32,000 nt of DNA from Pyrodictium delaneyi (GTDB lineage: Archaea; Thermoproteota; Thermoprotei_A; Sulfolobales; Pyrodictiaceae): contig NZ_CP013011.1 in NCBI RefSeq assembly GCF_001412615.1, forward strand, positions 390,001 to 422,000, written 5' to 3'. A model generated the notes under the pieces. The model was given only the letters and a program-made list of their open reading frames with translations. It did no database searches and had not been told where the DNA came from. Position 1 is the stretch's first letter, and each line of letters starts with the position of its first letter. A program made the position numbers and the translations under genes. Positions 15,417 through 25,196 of this stretch are shown one piece after another.

Positions 15417-16628
15417 TCAAATTATGTTAAGGCTACGAGCTATCTCTTCGGCTAGGCCGCCACCACCGAACCGAGCCCAGACAGCGCATGCTCCTTCACT
15501 GCTTACCATACATGGCCCATAGGGTGTACCAGGTGTACATGTTTTCATGAAATGGGGACAGTCAGTAGGCTTAACTATACCAAGCGTTACCTCAGCGCAA
15601 CGACAGCCCGGCGGAAGGTCATACTTCCACTCATCAGGTGTAAGCTCCTTTATGCCGTACTGTTTAAACGCATCCACATGACTGTACTTATCGCGGAACG
15701 CTAGGCCACTGCGAGGAACAAAGCCTATACCACGCCATGCTGCATCAATTTCTTCGCAGCATTCTGACATTATCCTCTGCGCACGTATATTACCCTCCCA
15801 TGTCGCTACGCGTTTATACTCGTTCACTATCCTAGGTCTGCCCTCTATATGCTGGCGCAGTATTTCGAGTATTGCTAAGAGCACATCAATGGGTTCAAAG
15901 CCTGCTACTACTGTCGGTATCCCGTACTCGTCTACAACGAACTTCCACGACTTAACACCTATTACTGTCGATACGTGCCCTGGCGCGATTACACCCCTTA
16001 TCGGATTGTCCTTATGAGTCTCAAAAGCGAACCTCATTATAGGCGGTGTTAGACGATGGATATTCATTATCTTGAGGTTATTGGGTACTAGCCCGGCTAC
16101 TACGGGGCTCGCTGTCGCCGGAACAGTAGTCTCAAAGCCTACTGCAAGGAATAAGCTGGGCTTCTTGTCGCGGCGCGCCATCCGGATGGCATCGAGAATG
16201 CTGTATACTACGATGACGTCACCGCCTGCAGCCCTAGCCTCCTCTAGGCTTCTAATGTCTCGACCGCGTTTGCCCGAGCCAGGTAAACGGTATGCATCAC
16301 CATAAGTGTAAACACGGATACCTTCCATGCTTAGCTTTATAGCAATGTCTATGTAGTAGGCTGGCGTTATACAAACAGGACATCCAGGGCCAGCTACGAT
16401 CTCAACCTCTGGCGGCATGAGACTACGTATACCATAATGTGTAACTGTATACTCGTGAGTACCACAGAAATCCATTATCTTTATAGGTGTCTGGCCTATA
16501 CGCTGAACGGCTACTGGTGCCAGTTTATGAATCTTTTCTACAATTCTGCGAGCAAGCTTCTGATTTCGAAGCCTCTCTTCAAGCGCCTTAAGGAGGTGTG
16601 ACCTTGCTGATTGCCGCTCCACCGCCAA
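15417..16628 (-). CDS. hypD: Hydrogenase maturation protein HypD
   Basis: FCGTHE, GPGCPVC, GFETT and PGHVS motifs, plus a C-terminal Cys cluster (CPHFMKTC...CMVSSEGAC). TTG start. Confidence 0.97.
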   Translation of the reverse strand: MAVERQSARSHLLKALEERLRNQKLARRIVEKIHKLAPVAVQRIGQTPIKIMDFCGTHEYTVTHYGIRSLMPPEVEIVAGPGCPVCITPAYYIDIAIKLSMEGIRVYTYGDAYRLPGSGKRGRDIRSLEEARAAGGDVIVVYSILDAIRMARRDKKPSLFLAVGFETTVPATASPVVAGLVPNNLKIMNIHRLTPPIMRFAFETHKDNPIRGVIAPGHVSTVIGVKSWKFVVDEYGIPTVVAGFEPIDVLLAILEILRQHIEGRPRIVNEYKRVATWEGNIRAQRIMSECCEEIDAAWRGIGFVPRSGLAFRDKYSHVDAFKQYGIKELTPDEWKYDLPPGCRCAEVTLGIVKPTDCPHFMKTCTPGTPYGPCMVSSEGACAVWARFGGGGLAEEIARSLNII

Positions 16629-16861
16629 GGCTCATGAAACACCGTTGGACAGTATCCAACTACAAGGGCTTAATTTATGTTCGCCCGGCTGAGCCAAAAG
16701 TTGTAGTTAGTCTCTATAGAAAGCATTACTGTCTCAAGGATGTCAATAGCGGTGGTTTTTATCTCTCTCGGCAGGAGGCGTGGACTTAACATCGACGCGC
16801 TCCAATATAGATTAAAAACCTTTCTCCAATGTTAGTTGTGTGCTCCGCGAGGTTGTCACCA

Positions 16862-17746
16862 ATGGGGAGCTGGGACTGCATAAGCTATAGTGGTGCTGTG
16901 AGAATTTGCAGAGGAGACTTTGCAGTAAACACGTTAATCTACAGCGACAAGCTAGTCGTTGATCCCTCTCGTGTACTTGACCGAGTCAATACTGTACTAC
17001 TTACTCATGGCCATGTTGACCATTTTCGCTATGCTGGTCCTCTACGGGAGAAAGGCGCAACTATCTATGCCCCACGTTACTGCGTTCCGCTAGTAGAGGA
17101 ACCTAAGATAAACTACATGGCTACTATGGGCTGGACTGCCGGGTTCGATGAACGATACATAACACCCTACTTTGTTGGAAATGGTGTTAGAGTAGATGTG
17201 CTAGTAGAGCCAGGCAACATAGAGGTTGGTGGTACGCTAGTAAAAGCCATAGCTGCTCCTGGACATACACCTGGTCATACAGTATACCTCGTTGAGGCTA
17301 GTGGCACTATATTCCTCGTAGCCGGTGACGCCATTTACGGTGAAGAGTATCTTGAAGGAAATCCTATATTATATCACACCGATACGATTTCATGGCTCGA
17401 GACGTTGAACAGGTTGGAAAAATTTGATTACGACGTCTTGGTACCGGGACACGGCTTTCCGGTTGAAGCTAAAGAAGCTCGCCGCGTCATAAGACGCAAT
17501 AGAGAGAAGATCCACGAGATGCTCTCACTTGTGGAATCCGTTCTTCAGGAAGAACCACTCTCTGCAGACGAAGTCATAGAGTTACTTTTGGTCGCTACAG
17601 GTTTGGCAAGAAGCAGGAGAGCGTATTCGATATATATGCCCAGCGTAAGGGCTCTCCTTAACGCTCTCACATCGCTCGGCAGAGCCCAGAGAGAAGTTGT
17701 AAACGGTGTTCCTAAGTGGGCGAAAAGCATAGCTGTCCACCGTTAG
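16862..17746 (+). CDS. Metallo-beta-lactamase-fold hydrolase
   Basis: THGHVDHF (HxHxDH) and downstream His/Asp ligands (APGHTPGH, GDAIY, PGHG). I prefer ATG 16862, which has GAGGT 8 nt upstream and a TATA-like ATATAGATTAAAAA at 16805-16818. The track start is 16829. Confidence 0.85.
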   Translation: MGSWDCISYSGAVRICRGDFAVNTLIYSDKLVVDPSRVLDRVNTVLLTHGHVDHFRYAGPLREKGATIYAPRYCVPLVEEPKINYMATMGWTAGFDERYITPYFVGNGVRVDVLVEPGNIEVGGTLVKAIAAPGHTPGHTVYLVEASGTIFLVAGDAIYGEEYLEGNPILYHTDTISWLETLNRLEKFDYDVLVPGHGFPVEAKEARRVIRRNREKIHEMLSLVESVLQEEPLSADEVIELLLVATGLARSRRAYSIYMPSVRALLNALTSLGRAQREVVNGVPKWAKSIAVHR

Positions 17747-17864
17747 AAATATCTACTAGTTAGTAGAGTCTCCATAGCCTAGCCCCTTGCATCCTATCTG
17801 CATCAAGACACGATACATACCACAACGAGATCTGTCATAATCACACAATTCGGGGTGTACACAC

Positions 17865-18533
17865 TTGGGGAGTAGACAGGAACTCAAGAGTCTAGTAGCA
17901 AAAACCCTAGCAATAACTCCCAGCGGTGCACTTAGTCCTGGGCCCCTTTCAGCTAGCGCAGTAGCCGTCGGTGCCTTCCTTGGCCCTCTTGGAGGCTTCT
18001 TGGTAGCATTAGGACATATGCTATTTGAGCTGCCATATGTAGCTCTTCTCGTCAAATGGGCTGAAAGGTTCAATCGAGCACTAGCTAGGATCGAGAAGCC
18101 ACTAAACATCCTAGTAGCTGGTTTCATAGTGTTCTTCGCCTATGGGCTATTTCGCGACGCTACTGCAGCAGCCTCTGGTGTAATACAATCAAATTCCGCA
18201 TTTACCATCGGTGGAGGTGCTCTAGGGGCTCTCCTTACTGGCATAGTTCTCACAGGATTCAATCCCTACTTTCTAGCTTGGTGGATAACCGTTGGCCTTC
18301 CCCTAGTACGCGACGCCGCCGAACGCGGAACACAAGGCTTCACAACCATGTACGTTAGCCACGTATGGATGGACTATGCATGGTTGGTATTATTAGCTGC
18401 TGCTGGAGCCGGACTCTCTAGAATTGCAGGATTGTATGCAGCATTACTCGCAGGGCTGGGAGTAATATTGCTGCTTTTCGCTGCAGATATACTAGCGCGG
18501 AGTTTTGTAGGAAAACGTATTCTCCCCTTCTAG
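17865..18533 (+). CDS. LysE/RhtB-type membrane translocator-like protein
   Basis: 222 aa, about 6 hydrophobic helices, N-terminal ITPSGALSPGPLSASAV resembling the LysE-family PGP motif. TTG start. Confidence 0.5.
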   Translation: MGSRQELKSLVAKTLAITPSGALSPGPLSASAVAVGAFLGPLGGFLVALGHMLFELPYVALLVKWAERFNRALARIEKPLNILVAGFIVFFAYGLFRDATAAASGVIQSNSAFTIGGGALGALLTGIVLTGFNPYFLAWWITVGLPLVRDAAERGTQGFTTMYVSHVWMDYAWLVLLAAAGAGLSRIAGLYAALLAGLGVILLLFAADILARSFVGKRILPF

Positions 18534-18613
18534 GCCTTCTCTATTTAACGCCTGTCCCAAGACTCTATTCCCTCTGGGATAAATCCAGGATCTTTTCTGG
18601 GGCTAGAGCTGCC

Positions 18614-19021
18614 ATGGCATCACAGCTCTACACATTACAAGGCATAATATTGCAGCTCGAGCGTAGCATCCGAGTGGTAAGGAGGCTTCCCAAGCTACCC
18701 CGTTTAGATTCAAAACTGCTACGTGGAGTCATAGCAGACTTTCTCAAGGATCTGAGCCATTTGGCTGTATTTTCGCAACAGGAAGGACTCGGTAGCGAAC
18801 ACCTTTACAACACCATAATGCGATGTAGCCGAGTTTTCACCGAGGTCGGGAGAGCTGTGAGCACCCTGGAGGCGCTCGCTGAGCTTCAGAAAGTAGATCT
18901 GTTTACTGCTGTCAAGAAATTCGCGGAAGTATTAGCCGAGGACTCGTGCCTGGAAGACCTAGAGAAAGCCTTATCGGAACTAAAAAGCGGGCTTAACTCA
19001 CAGAGAAAAATTAGCGCTTAA
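18614..19021 (+). CDS. Hypothetical alpha-helical protein
   Basis: 135-aa ORF with coding-like composition and no recognised motif. Its 3' end overlaps the pdxT 3' end by 11 nt (convergent). Confidence 0.45.
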   Translation: MASQLYTLQGIILQLERSIRVVRRLPKLPRLDSKLLRGVIADFLKDLSHLAVFSQQEGLGSEHLYNTIMRCSRVFTEVGRAVSTLEALAELQKVDLFTAVKKFAEVLAEDSCLEDLEKALSELKSGLNSQRKISA

Positions 19022-19613
19022 TGTTTTCTATGAAGTAGCGATGTATCCTCGTGTCTCCTGTCAATTCGGGATGGAAAGCTAGCGCTAGCTTACCGTCCTC
19101 CTCGGCTGCAACCGTGACGCCATCCAGTTCTGCTATGCCCTTGGCGCGGCCCCATAGCCTGGTTATCGCGGGAGCGCGGATGAAGACTCCACGGAAGGGT
19201 TTCTCACCCAACACTGGTATCTTTAGGTCTACCTCGAAGCTCTCCCTCTGCCTACCATAATAGTTCCTCACCACCTCGATGTTCATTACTGCTAGTAGCG
19301 GCTGCCGAGTCTCGCCCACGACGCGGTCCCGGACGCTCTTCGCCAACAGTGTAGCACCCGCGCATGTGCCCATAGCTGGGAGCCCGGACTCGAGTAGATC
19401 GCGTAGTTCGTCGAGAAGGCCTATGCGACGGGCAACTACACCTATGGTTGTGCTCTCGCCGCCAGGGATTATTACCGCGTCTAGACCGCGGAGGTTGCTG
19501 GGTTTCTTCACCAGCACGGGTTCTATGCTCCAGCCGGTCTCCTCAGCTAGCTTGCGGAGCATGTAGACGTGCTCGCAGAAGCCTCCCTGGAGAGCTACGA
19601 TACCTACCTTCAC
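19011..19613 (-). CDS. pdxT: Pyridoxal 5'-phosphate synthase glutaminase subunit PdxT
   Basis: VKVGIVALQGG, GGESTT, GTCAG (catalytic Cys) and FHPE motifs. GTG start at 19613, 2 nt after the pdxS stop. The longer track ORF start at 19736 lies inside pdxS. Confidence 0.92.
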   Translation of the reverse strand: MKVGIVALQGGFCEHVYMLRKLAEETGWSIEPVLVKKPSNLRGLDAVIIPGGESTTIGVVARRIGLLDELRDLLESGLPAMGTCAGATLLAKSVRDRVVGETRQPLLAVMNIEVVRNYYGRQRESFEVDLKIPVLGEKPFRGVFIRAPAITRLWGRAKGIAELDGVTVAAEEDGKLALAFHPELTGDTRIHRYFIENIKR

Positions 19614-19615
19614 GG

Positions 19616-20644
19616 TTAGTCGCCTCTCACCTGTAGCAGCTCCTCGGGCTTGAGTTTGCGTATGTCGATACCCATCATGCTTTTCTGCTCGCTTATCATC
19701 GCTTGTGCCTCTGCTACGGTCTCCGGATCGTCCCACATACTCGTGGCAAGGACTATTGCTGCCGCTCGCTCCCTGGGATCGCTACTCTTGAATATACCGG
19801 AGCCGACGAACACGCCGTCAGCACCGAGCCACATCATTAGCGCCGCGTCCGCAGGCGTGGCTATGCCGCCGGCAGCGAAGTTTACTACGGGTAGGCGGCC
19901 TAGCCGTGCTGTGAGCTCTACTAGCTGGTGTGGTACGCCGTACTCGCGGGCTATCCGCATCCTCTCCTCCGGTGTCATGCCGCGTAGGCTCCATATTTCC
20001 TTCACGATTATCTTCATATGGCGAACCGCCTCGGCGACGTTTCCTGTACCCGCCTCGCCTTTTGTACGGATCATTGCTGCGCCCTCTGTTATGCGGCGGA
20101 GAGCTTCGCCGAGGTTCCTGGCACCGTTTACGAATGGTACTTTGAATAGCCACTTGTTGATGTGGTGTTTCTCGTCTACAGGGGTGAGTACCTCACTCTC
20201 GTCTATCATATCCACACCTATGCTCTCGAGGATGGCTGCCTCATAGTAGTGGCCTATACGCACCTTAGCCATAACTGGTATAGTGACAGTATCCATGACC
20301 TGCTGTATCACCTTCACGTCAGCCATGCGGGCTACTCCGCCCTGGCGACGAACATCGTAGGGCAACTTATCGAGAACCATTACCGAGGCTGCGCCGGCCT
20401 CCTCCGCTATCCCGGCCTGCTCGGTGTTTGTCACATCCATGCAGACACCGCCTTTCTGGAACACGGGGAACCCGTACTTGACGCGGAGGGTGCCGCGGGC
20501 GGGTATCTCGATGTACTCTGGGAGCTTCTCTGGGCCGTACTGGAACCAGCCGTCCTCGCGGAGCCTATCAGCAGCCTCGGCTAGGCGGTAGAAGAAGTCC
20601 ACTATACGGTCAAACCCGACTTCGTATAGGCGGGCTCTCTCCAC
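19616..20644 (-). CDS. pdxS: Pyridoxal 5'-phosphate synthase lyase subunit PdxS
   Basis: [44 protein letters not shown] and [17 protein letters not shown] place the start at GTG 20644 ([11 protein letters not shown]...). This reproduces the about 340-aa crenarchaeal PdxS N-terminus as I recall it. Confidence 0.93.
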   Translation of the reverse strand: MERARLYEVGFDRIVDFFYRLAEAADRLREDGWFQYGPEKLPEYIEIPARGTLRVKYGFPVFQKGGVCMDVTNTEQAGIAEEAGAASVMVLDKLPYDVRRQGGVARMADVKVIQQVMDTVTIPVMAKVRIGHYYEAAILESIGVDMIDESEVLTPVDEKHHINKWLFKVPFVNGARNLGEALRRITEGAAMIRTKGEAGTGNVAEAVRHMKIIVKEIWSLRGMTPEERMRIAREYGVPHQLVELTARLGRLPVVNFAAGGIATPADAALMMWLGADGVFVGSGIFKSSDPRERAAAIVLATSMWDDPETVAEAQAMISEQKSMMGIDIRKLKPEELLQVRGD

Positions 20645-20839
20645 GCCTACGTGGTAGGGGGGTAGTGTCACAGCCTGGTGCACCGAGATGGTGGGTGTGC
20701 TGTGTACCCGGGGGAGTGATAAACCTGTATCCCCAGGGATAGACAGATCAATAACCGGGTTATGTCTAGCGCGGCTGAAGCAAGCCGGCTCGGCCCGCGT
20801 CACTGGAGAAAAGCGCTGTGCGCCCTAGCGCCTGGCTGC

Positions 20840-21886
20840 CTAGGCTCTGGCTTTCCGGAAGTATGGTATCGCTACCAGTGTTAGAGTGTCACGTATCTCT
20901 CTCATGCCGCGTATCCTCCGCGTCACTATCTCCGCCACCGTGTCTACGTCGCTCGCCTCTACCCTGGCTACTAGGTCGTATATGCCCGGTACACTGAGCA
21001 CCTCTTTGACCTCGTCTATCTCGGCAAGCTTGGCTGCTACGTCCTGCTCGCGGCCAGGCTCAACGTTTATCAGTATTAGCGCCACCGTCCTGAGGCCTAC
21101 CTTCTCTATATGGCTTAGCGCCGCGAAGGCTAGGTCCGTCGCCGTCACAACCCTGTCTGCGTTTGCCTCCTTATCGTGGACTACCAGCCGTAGTACATCG
21201 TTCTCCTCCATCAGCTCTACTGCAGCGCGTGCATCGAAGTCCGCTGGCACCCTTATCGCTTCTCCACGGGCGTAGTCGCCGACCCTAGCCTCGGCCGGGT
21301 TTACGCCCTCCACGAGCGCGGCTAGGAAGTCCCATTCGCGGAGTATTTTGAGCTCGTCTCCGCTGCGCACGAATACCTCTGTCACGCCGTTACTGTCCAT
21401 GGCCTTGGCCGCGGCCTGGAGGCTCGCATCAGGGTCAATCACCACCATGTTTCTGGACTTTGCCTCCACGGTAGCCGTGCCGTAGGGTATGAGCCTCCAT
21501 AGGTGGAAGGCTATGTGGCGTGGCTCCACGTGGCCGCGTATCCTGTTGCGGTGGTCTACTACTGGCAGGAAGCGCACCATCTCCTTCTTCATTATCCTTA
21601 GCGCCTCGTCGATCGGATCGTCTAGCCTGACTACTACCGGGTCTGTGACAGCGTATTCGGCTACACGCGCCTTGTCGAGGTCGGTGCCCTCGGCTACCGC
21701 CTTGACTAGACGGCGTAAGCTGAGGACGAGGCTTGGCCTCTTCTCCGCGTCTAGCGTCACCGTTGCTGTTGCGCGGTTGGCTAGCATGACCTCGGCTGCT
21801 TTTCTTAGCGTTAGGTCCGCGGCGGCTATGGAGAGCCTCTTAGCCTCCATGACATCCTTGACGAGGGGGAGTATCTGCCCCGTCAT
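20840..21886 (-). CDS. Four-CBS-domain protein with C-terminal Lrp/AsnC-type RAM (ligand-binding) domain
   Basis: Four successive CBS-like repeats, followed by VALILINVEPGREQDVAAKLAEIDEVKEVLSVPGIYDLVARVEA, which is typical of AsnC-family effector domains. Confidence 0.75.
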   Translation of the reverse strand: MTGQILPLVKDVMEAKRLSIAAADLTLRKAAEVMLANRATATVTLDAEKRPSLVLSLRRLVKAVAEGTDLDKARVAEYAVTDPVVVRLDDPIDEALRIMKKEMVRFLPVVDHRNRIRGHVEPRHIAFHLWRLIPYGTATVEAKSRNMVVIDPDASLQAAAKAMDSNGVTEVFVRSGDELKILREWDFLAALVEGVNPAEARVGDYARGEAIRVPADFDARAAVELMEENDVLRLVVHDKEANADRVVTATDLAFAALSHIEKVGLRTVALILINVEPGREQDVAAKLAEIDEVKEVLSVPGIYDLVARVEASDVDTVAEIVTRRIRGMREIRDTLTLVAIPYFRKARA

Positions 21887-21917
21887 GTTTCCTCACCCGG
21901 GGCGCCCAGGTAGGGAG

Positions 21918-21926
21918 ATTTATAAT
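21918..21926 (-). promoter_or_regulatory. TATA box candidate for the CBS/RAM gene
   Basis: ATTTATAAT lies 32-40 nt upstream of ATG 21886, consistent with a short-leader archaeal transcript. Confidence 0.4.
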
Positions 21927-21944
21927 GTAGAATCGGGCTACCGC

Positions 21945-21956
21945 TTCTATAAAAAC
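21945..21956 (+). promoter_or_regulatory. TATA box candidate for the 22004/22031 membrane-protein gene
   Basis: TTCTATAAAAAC lies 48-59 nt upstream of ATG 22004. GAGGTGGG at 22016-22023 precedes the alternative ATG at 22031. Confidence 0.4.
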
Positions 21957-22003
21957 GTTTCTATGGGCGGCGGCGCTCCGCCAACCCTTATTTAAGCCCG
22001 GCG

Positions 22004-22375
22004 ATGGGGCTACGCGAGGTGGGAGCCGAAATGGTTACTGATAAGCTGCTTAGAGCCCTCGTAGCCCTGCTGGCCCTATCCTACCTCGGGATCAACCTAG
22101 CAGCGCCGCTGTCCAGGTTCCTCGTAGCGGAGAACCTTGTACTAGCAACAGCCTACACCGCCGCGCTAATAGGGCTACTGAAGGGGATGAGGAAGACTAG
22201 TGCCTACCTCGTTCTCCTCGCGGGCTTCAACGCGGGCAGAGTCTCCCGCAGCATAGTCTCGCCGACCGGCGAGCTAGGCAGACTGGCAGCCGAGCACGTG
22301 CCGCTGCTGGCCCTCATCCTGCTAGTGGCGCTGCTAGCGCTACGCGAAACCCTCCGCGCCATGGAGCAGGGGTAG
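22004..22375 (+). CDS. Small hydrophobic membrane protein, unknown function
   Basis: 123 aa with 3-4 predicted helices. The alternative start at ATG 22031 has a better SD. Confidence 0.5.
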   Translation: MGLREVGAEMVTDKLLRALVALLALSYLGINLAAPLSRFLVAENLVLATAYTAALIGLLKGMRKTSAYLVLLAGFNAGRVSRSIVSPTGELGRLAAEHVPLLALILLVALLALRETLRAMEQG

Positions 22376-22428
22376 CGGGCGCGCTCCGCGCCGGCTCCCG
22401 GGGAAGCACCACTCACGGTGTCCCTGCC

Positions 22429-23406
22429 GTGCTCGTAGCAGGGGTGGATGCAGGGGCCTCGCACACGCGGGCCCTGGTCTACGATACTGGTAGCGGCGGC
22501 GTATGGGCGGGCGCTGCTGGGCCGGGTAACCCGGTTAACGTCGGCGCGGCTGCCGCCGGGGCTGCTGTACGCGAAGCCATCGAGGATGCGCTGCGGGGCA
22601 CCGGGCATAGGGCCAGGCGCGTGTCCGTGGTAGTGGCTGGGTTCGCGGGGCTTGACAGTAGGATTCTCGCCAGGCAGCTAGCCGGCCTTATAGCCTCGGC
22701 TAGCGGCTACGGGGATAGGCTAGTAGTCGAGCACGACGCGTACATAGCCCTAGTGCACGCTACTGGCGGCGCACCCGGCGTCCTGGTTATAGCTGGGACA
22801 GGGAGCATAGCCTACGCACTATCGCCGAGCGGCGAGAGGATAATCGTTGGGGACCATGGCTGGCTCCTGGGGGACGAGGGGAGCGGCTTCTGGGTCTCCC
22901 GGGCCGCTCTACGCAGGCTGCTCCGCGTGCTCGACGGCCGTGAGCAGCGTGGCTGCCTAACAGACGCAGTGGCCCGCGCCCTGGGCGTTACTAGCGGCGA
23001 TGAGCTGGCGTACTGGTTCTACCTTACGCGAGGCCGCGTAGACCGCATCGCCGCCCTCGCCCTCCACGTTGCCCGCGCCGCCGAGGAGGGCTGCGGGGAG
23101 GCCCGCGAGCTGCTAGAGCAGGGCGCCGAGGAGCTAGCCTGGGCCGCCGTCGTGGCTGCCCGGAGGGCCGGCCTAGACACCGTCTACGTGACGGGCTCCA
23201 TGTTCCGGAGCCGGGTCTTCCGGGACAGGTTCAGAGCGGGGCTGGAGGAGCACGGGCTGAGGATGAGCAGTAGGGAGGTCTACCCTGCTCTGGGCGCGTT
23301 GATGCTAGCCCTGGAGAAGGCAGGGCTGAGAGAGGAGGCAGAAGCCGTGGCTGAGAACCCCGTGGTCCTGGAGGCCGCGCAGGGCCTCTACGAGGAGGGG
23401 GGCTAG
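22429..23406 (+). CDS. BadF/BadG/BcrA/BcrD-type ATPase (N-acetylglucosamine-kinase-like sugar kinase)
   Basis: GVDAGASHTR (phosphate-1), VIAGTGSIAYA (phosphate-2) and GDHGWLLGDEGSGFWVSRAALR are characteristic of this ASKHA subfamily. GTG start. Confidence 0.8.
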   Translation: MLVAGVDAGASHTRALVYDTGSGGVWAGAAGPGNPVNVGAAAAGAAVREAIEDALRGTGHRARRVSVVVAGFAGLDSRILARQLAGLIASASGYGDRLVVEHDAYIALVHATGGAPGVLVIAGTGSIAYALSPSGERIIVGDHGWLLGDEGSGFWVSRAALRRLLRVLDGREQRGCLTDAVARALGVTSGDELAYWFYLTRGRVDRIAALALHVARAAEEGCGEARELLEQGAEELAWAAVVAARRAGLDTVYVTGSMFRSRVFRDRFRAGLEEHGLRMSSREVYPALGALMLALEKAGLREEAEAVAENPVVLEAAQGLYEEGG

Positions 23407-24251
23407 CGCATCTGCTGGGTCAGCAGGGCTGTGAAGCCGCCGAGGTACACCATGGCCTCCATCGCCCGGTAGGCCTCCTCCACGCTCGCCGCCCGGTAGC
23501 ATACCCGGCGCCCCGTGTCCCGCGCTGTGCCCGGCATGAGGGCCGCAGTCTCCGCGTAGGCTGGGCTCATGAACTCTATGCATACCTCTACCGCGTCCCA
23601 GGCCATCCGGAGCGGCTTCAGCTCGCCGGCGCGGCTCCTCCGGATGGACTCCTTAACGGCTTCCCGCAGGTCTTCCTCAACCTCCTCGATGGAGGGCGAC
23701 ACGGACGATAGGTAGCCAGTGCTCCTCGACAGGGGGAGCCACACCGCCCAGGGGGTGTACTGCTCTACCTCCTTGCCCAGCTCGCCGCTCCCCGCGACGA
23801 GGCCTACCGGTATACCCCATTCTCCTAGCAGCAGGGCGTTGAACAGGTACTCGGACGCCTCTAGCCCGTTGACCGTGAGCCTGTACACCACTCTACTCGA
23901 GAAGCTATGGGCGGGCACAGAGTCCACGCCAGCCCGGGCATGGTAGCCGAGGAACACCGCGTAGCTCGAGCCACGGGCGCCAGCCACCATGGATAGGCTG
24001 CGCAGGAACCCTCGCACCACCTCCACGCCGCGCGGCATCTGCTGCGGCTCGATGTTGACCATGAGCCCGTGGCTATCAGCTACCACCACGCTGTAGCCCT
24101 GCTCGACCAGCAGCGCCGCTGCTAGGCGCGTAAGCCTAGTGGCGACCGAGCGGAGCTCGCTGAAGAGGCTACGCCCCGGCATGAGCTGGAGCGGCGAGAC
24201 TATGTAGGGCAGGCCCTCCGCGTCGACAGAGACAAACACTTTTCCAGCCAC
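23403..24251 (-). CDS. Peptidase M55 (DppA-type D-aminopeptidase) family protein
   Basis: VFVSVDAEG, ADSHG, FLGYHARAG and LMPGT correspond to conserved DppA blocks. GTG start. The stop overlaps the stop of the convergent kinase gene (CTAG). Confidence 0.8.
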   Translation of the reverse strand: MAGKVFVSVDAEGLPYIVSPLQLMPGRSLFSELRSVATRLTRLAAALLVEQGYSVVVADSHGLMVNIEPQQMPRGVEVVRGFLRSLSMVAGARGSSYAVFLGYHARAGVDSVPAHSFSSRVVYRLTVNGLEASEYLFNALLLGEWGIPVGLVAGSGELGKEVEQYTPWAVWLPLSRSTGYLSSVSPSIEEVEEDLREAVKESIRRSRAGELKPLRMAWDAVEVCIEFMSPAYAETAALMPGTARDTGRRVCYRAASVEEAYRAMEAMVYLGGFTALLTQQMR

Positions 24252-24303
24252 TGTGCCGGCACCCTGTGGGCTAGCGCCGCTGAAGGTAATAATGCTGGGG
24301 CCG

Positions 24304-25092
24304 TTACTGCCGCTGCGGGCCGGCGGCCGCCGCTTTCGCTTTCGAGGCCTCTACGTGGTCTAGGTATAGCTTGTAGAGGCGGAGTAGCTCCTCCTCCGCC
24401 TCCCCGGGGTCCCCGTAGACGAGCACCGCCTCGTCTACCAGGGTTTTCGCGAGCGCCGGGCTAACCCCCAGGTCCAGTACCACGAGGTCTACGGGCACGC
24501 CTAGCTCGTCCTCGAGCACAGCTTGGAGCCTGCCCACCTCGAGCATGCTCCGTGGCCTACGCCCAAGCCTAACCGCCAGATCCACGTCCCTGCCGCAGCC
24601 GCTGCGCGCTAGCGAGCCGAACAGGAGGACCAAGCGTAGTCCGAGGCGCTCCGCTGCCCTGCGTATCCGCTGCTTCACCTCGCCGATACAGGGGTCGTCC
24701 CGGGCTAGCTCCGCGAGCCGCGCGACCACATGGGGCGTCTTCTCGGCTATCTCCCTGAACGCCTCCATCTCGAGCTCCCTGTCTATCTCGGCGTACATGT
24801 GGACGAGTATATTACGGAACCCCGCGAGCCCTTCAAGGAACTCCGCCAGGTCGCTGCCGAGCCCAGCGCGTCTGGCTAGCCACCTCGCCAGCTCGCGGTA
24901 GCTACCCGGCTTCACCCCTCTCTCCCTAGAGGCGAGCACTGCAGCGAAGTCGAGGATGCACTGCGCTATGAGCTGGGCTAGCCTCTCTACCGCGTATACC
25001 CTCTCCTCGCCGCGCTCATACTCCCTTAGCGCGTCTACGAACTCCTCGTAGTAGCCCCTAATCATGCTGAGAAGCTCCTGGAGCCTCGACAC
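24304..25092 (-). CDS. Fused HepT(DUF86, HEPN)-MNT(minimal nucleotidyltransferase) protein
   Basis: The N-terminal half has the HEPN Rx4HxY motif (GFRNILVHMY, nt 24793-24816). The C-terminal half has an MNT-type GS...DxD motif (LLFGSLARSGCGRDVDLAV, nt 24580-24618) and VPVDLVVLD. It is one uninterrupted 262-aa ORF. Confidence 0.8.
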   Translation of the reverse strand: MSRLQELLSMIRGYYEEFVDALREYERGEERVYAVERLAQLIAQCILDFAAVLASRERGVKPGSYRELARWLARRAGLGSDLAEFLEGLAGFRNILVHMYAEIDRELEMEAFREIAEKTPHVVARLAELARDDPCIGEVKQRIRRAAERLGLRLVLLFGSLARSGCGRDVDLAVRLGRRPRSMLEVGRLQAVLEDELGVPVDLVVLDLGVSPALAKTLVDEAVLVYGDPGEAEEELLRLYKLYLDHVEASKAKAAAAGPQRQ

Positions 25093-25196
25093 ACCGCGCC
25101 CCTATGCTCTACGCGTCCACCACGCCAGGTAATAACACCGCCACGGCACGCACCACGGATAGCGGGGGAGGGGCCACCCCGCTGCGCGGCGCCGGG

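Noticed and set aside
17756-18127. 123-aa minus-strand ORF overlapping the 5' part of the LysE-like gene.
   Set aside because: Non-protein-like composition. The plus-strand membrane protein explains the region better.
19616-20803. The apparent 53-residue N-terminal extension of PdxS in the track ORF (start 20803), and antisense or alternative-frame ORFs 19650-20246, 19818-20153, 19930-20145 and 20162-20584.
   Set aside because: An in-frame GTG at 20644 gives the LYE…FFY… N-terminus that I recall for crenarchaeal PdxS proteins of about 340 aa. The extra residues are not protein-like. The other ORFs are shadows of pdxS.
23403-23406. Convergent gene pairs whose stop codons overlap on a CTAG tetranucleotide (also at 28499-28502).
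   Set aside because: This is a trivial consequence of TAG being part of the palindrome CTAG in compact genomes. No further structure is associated with it.
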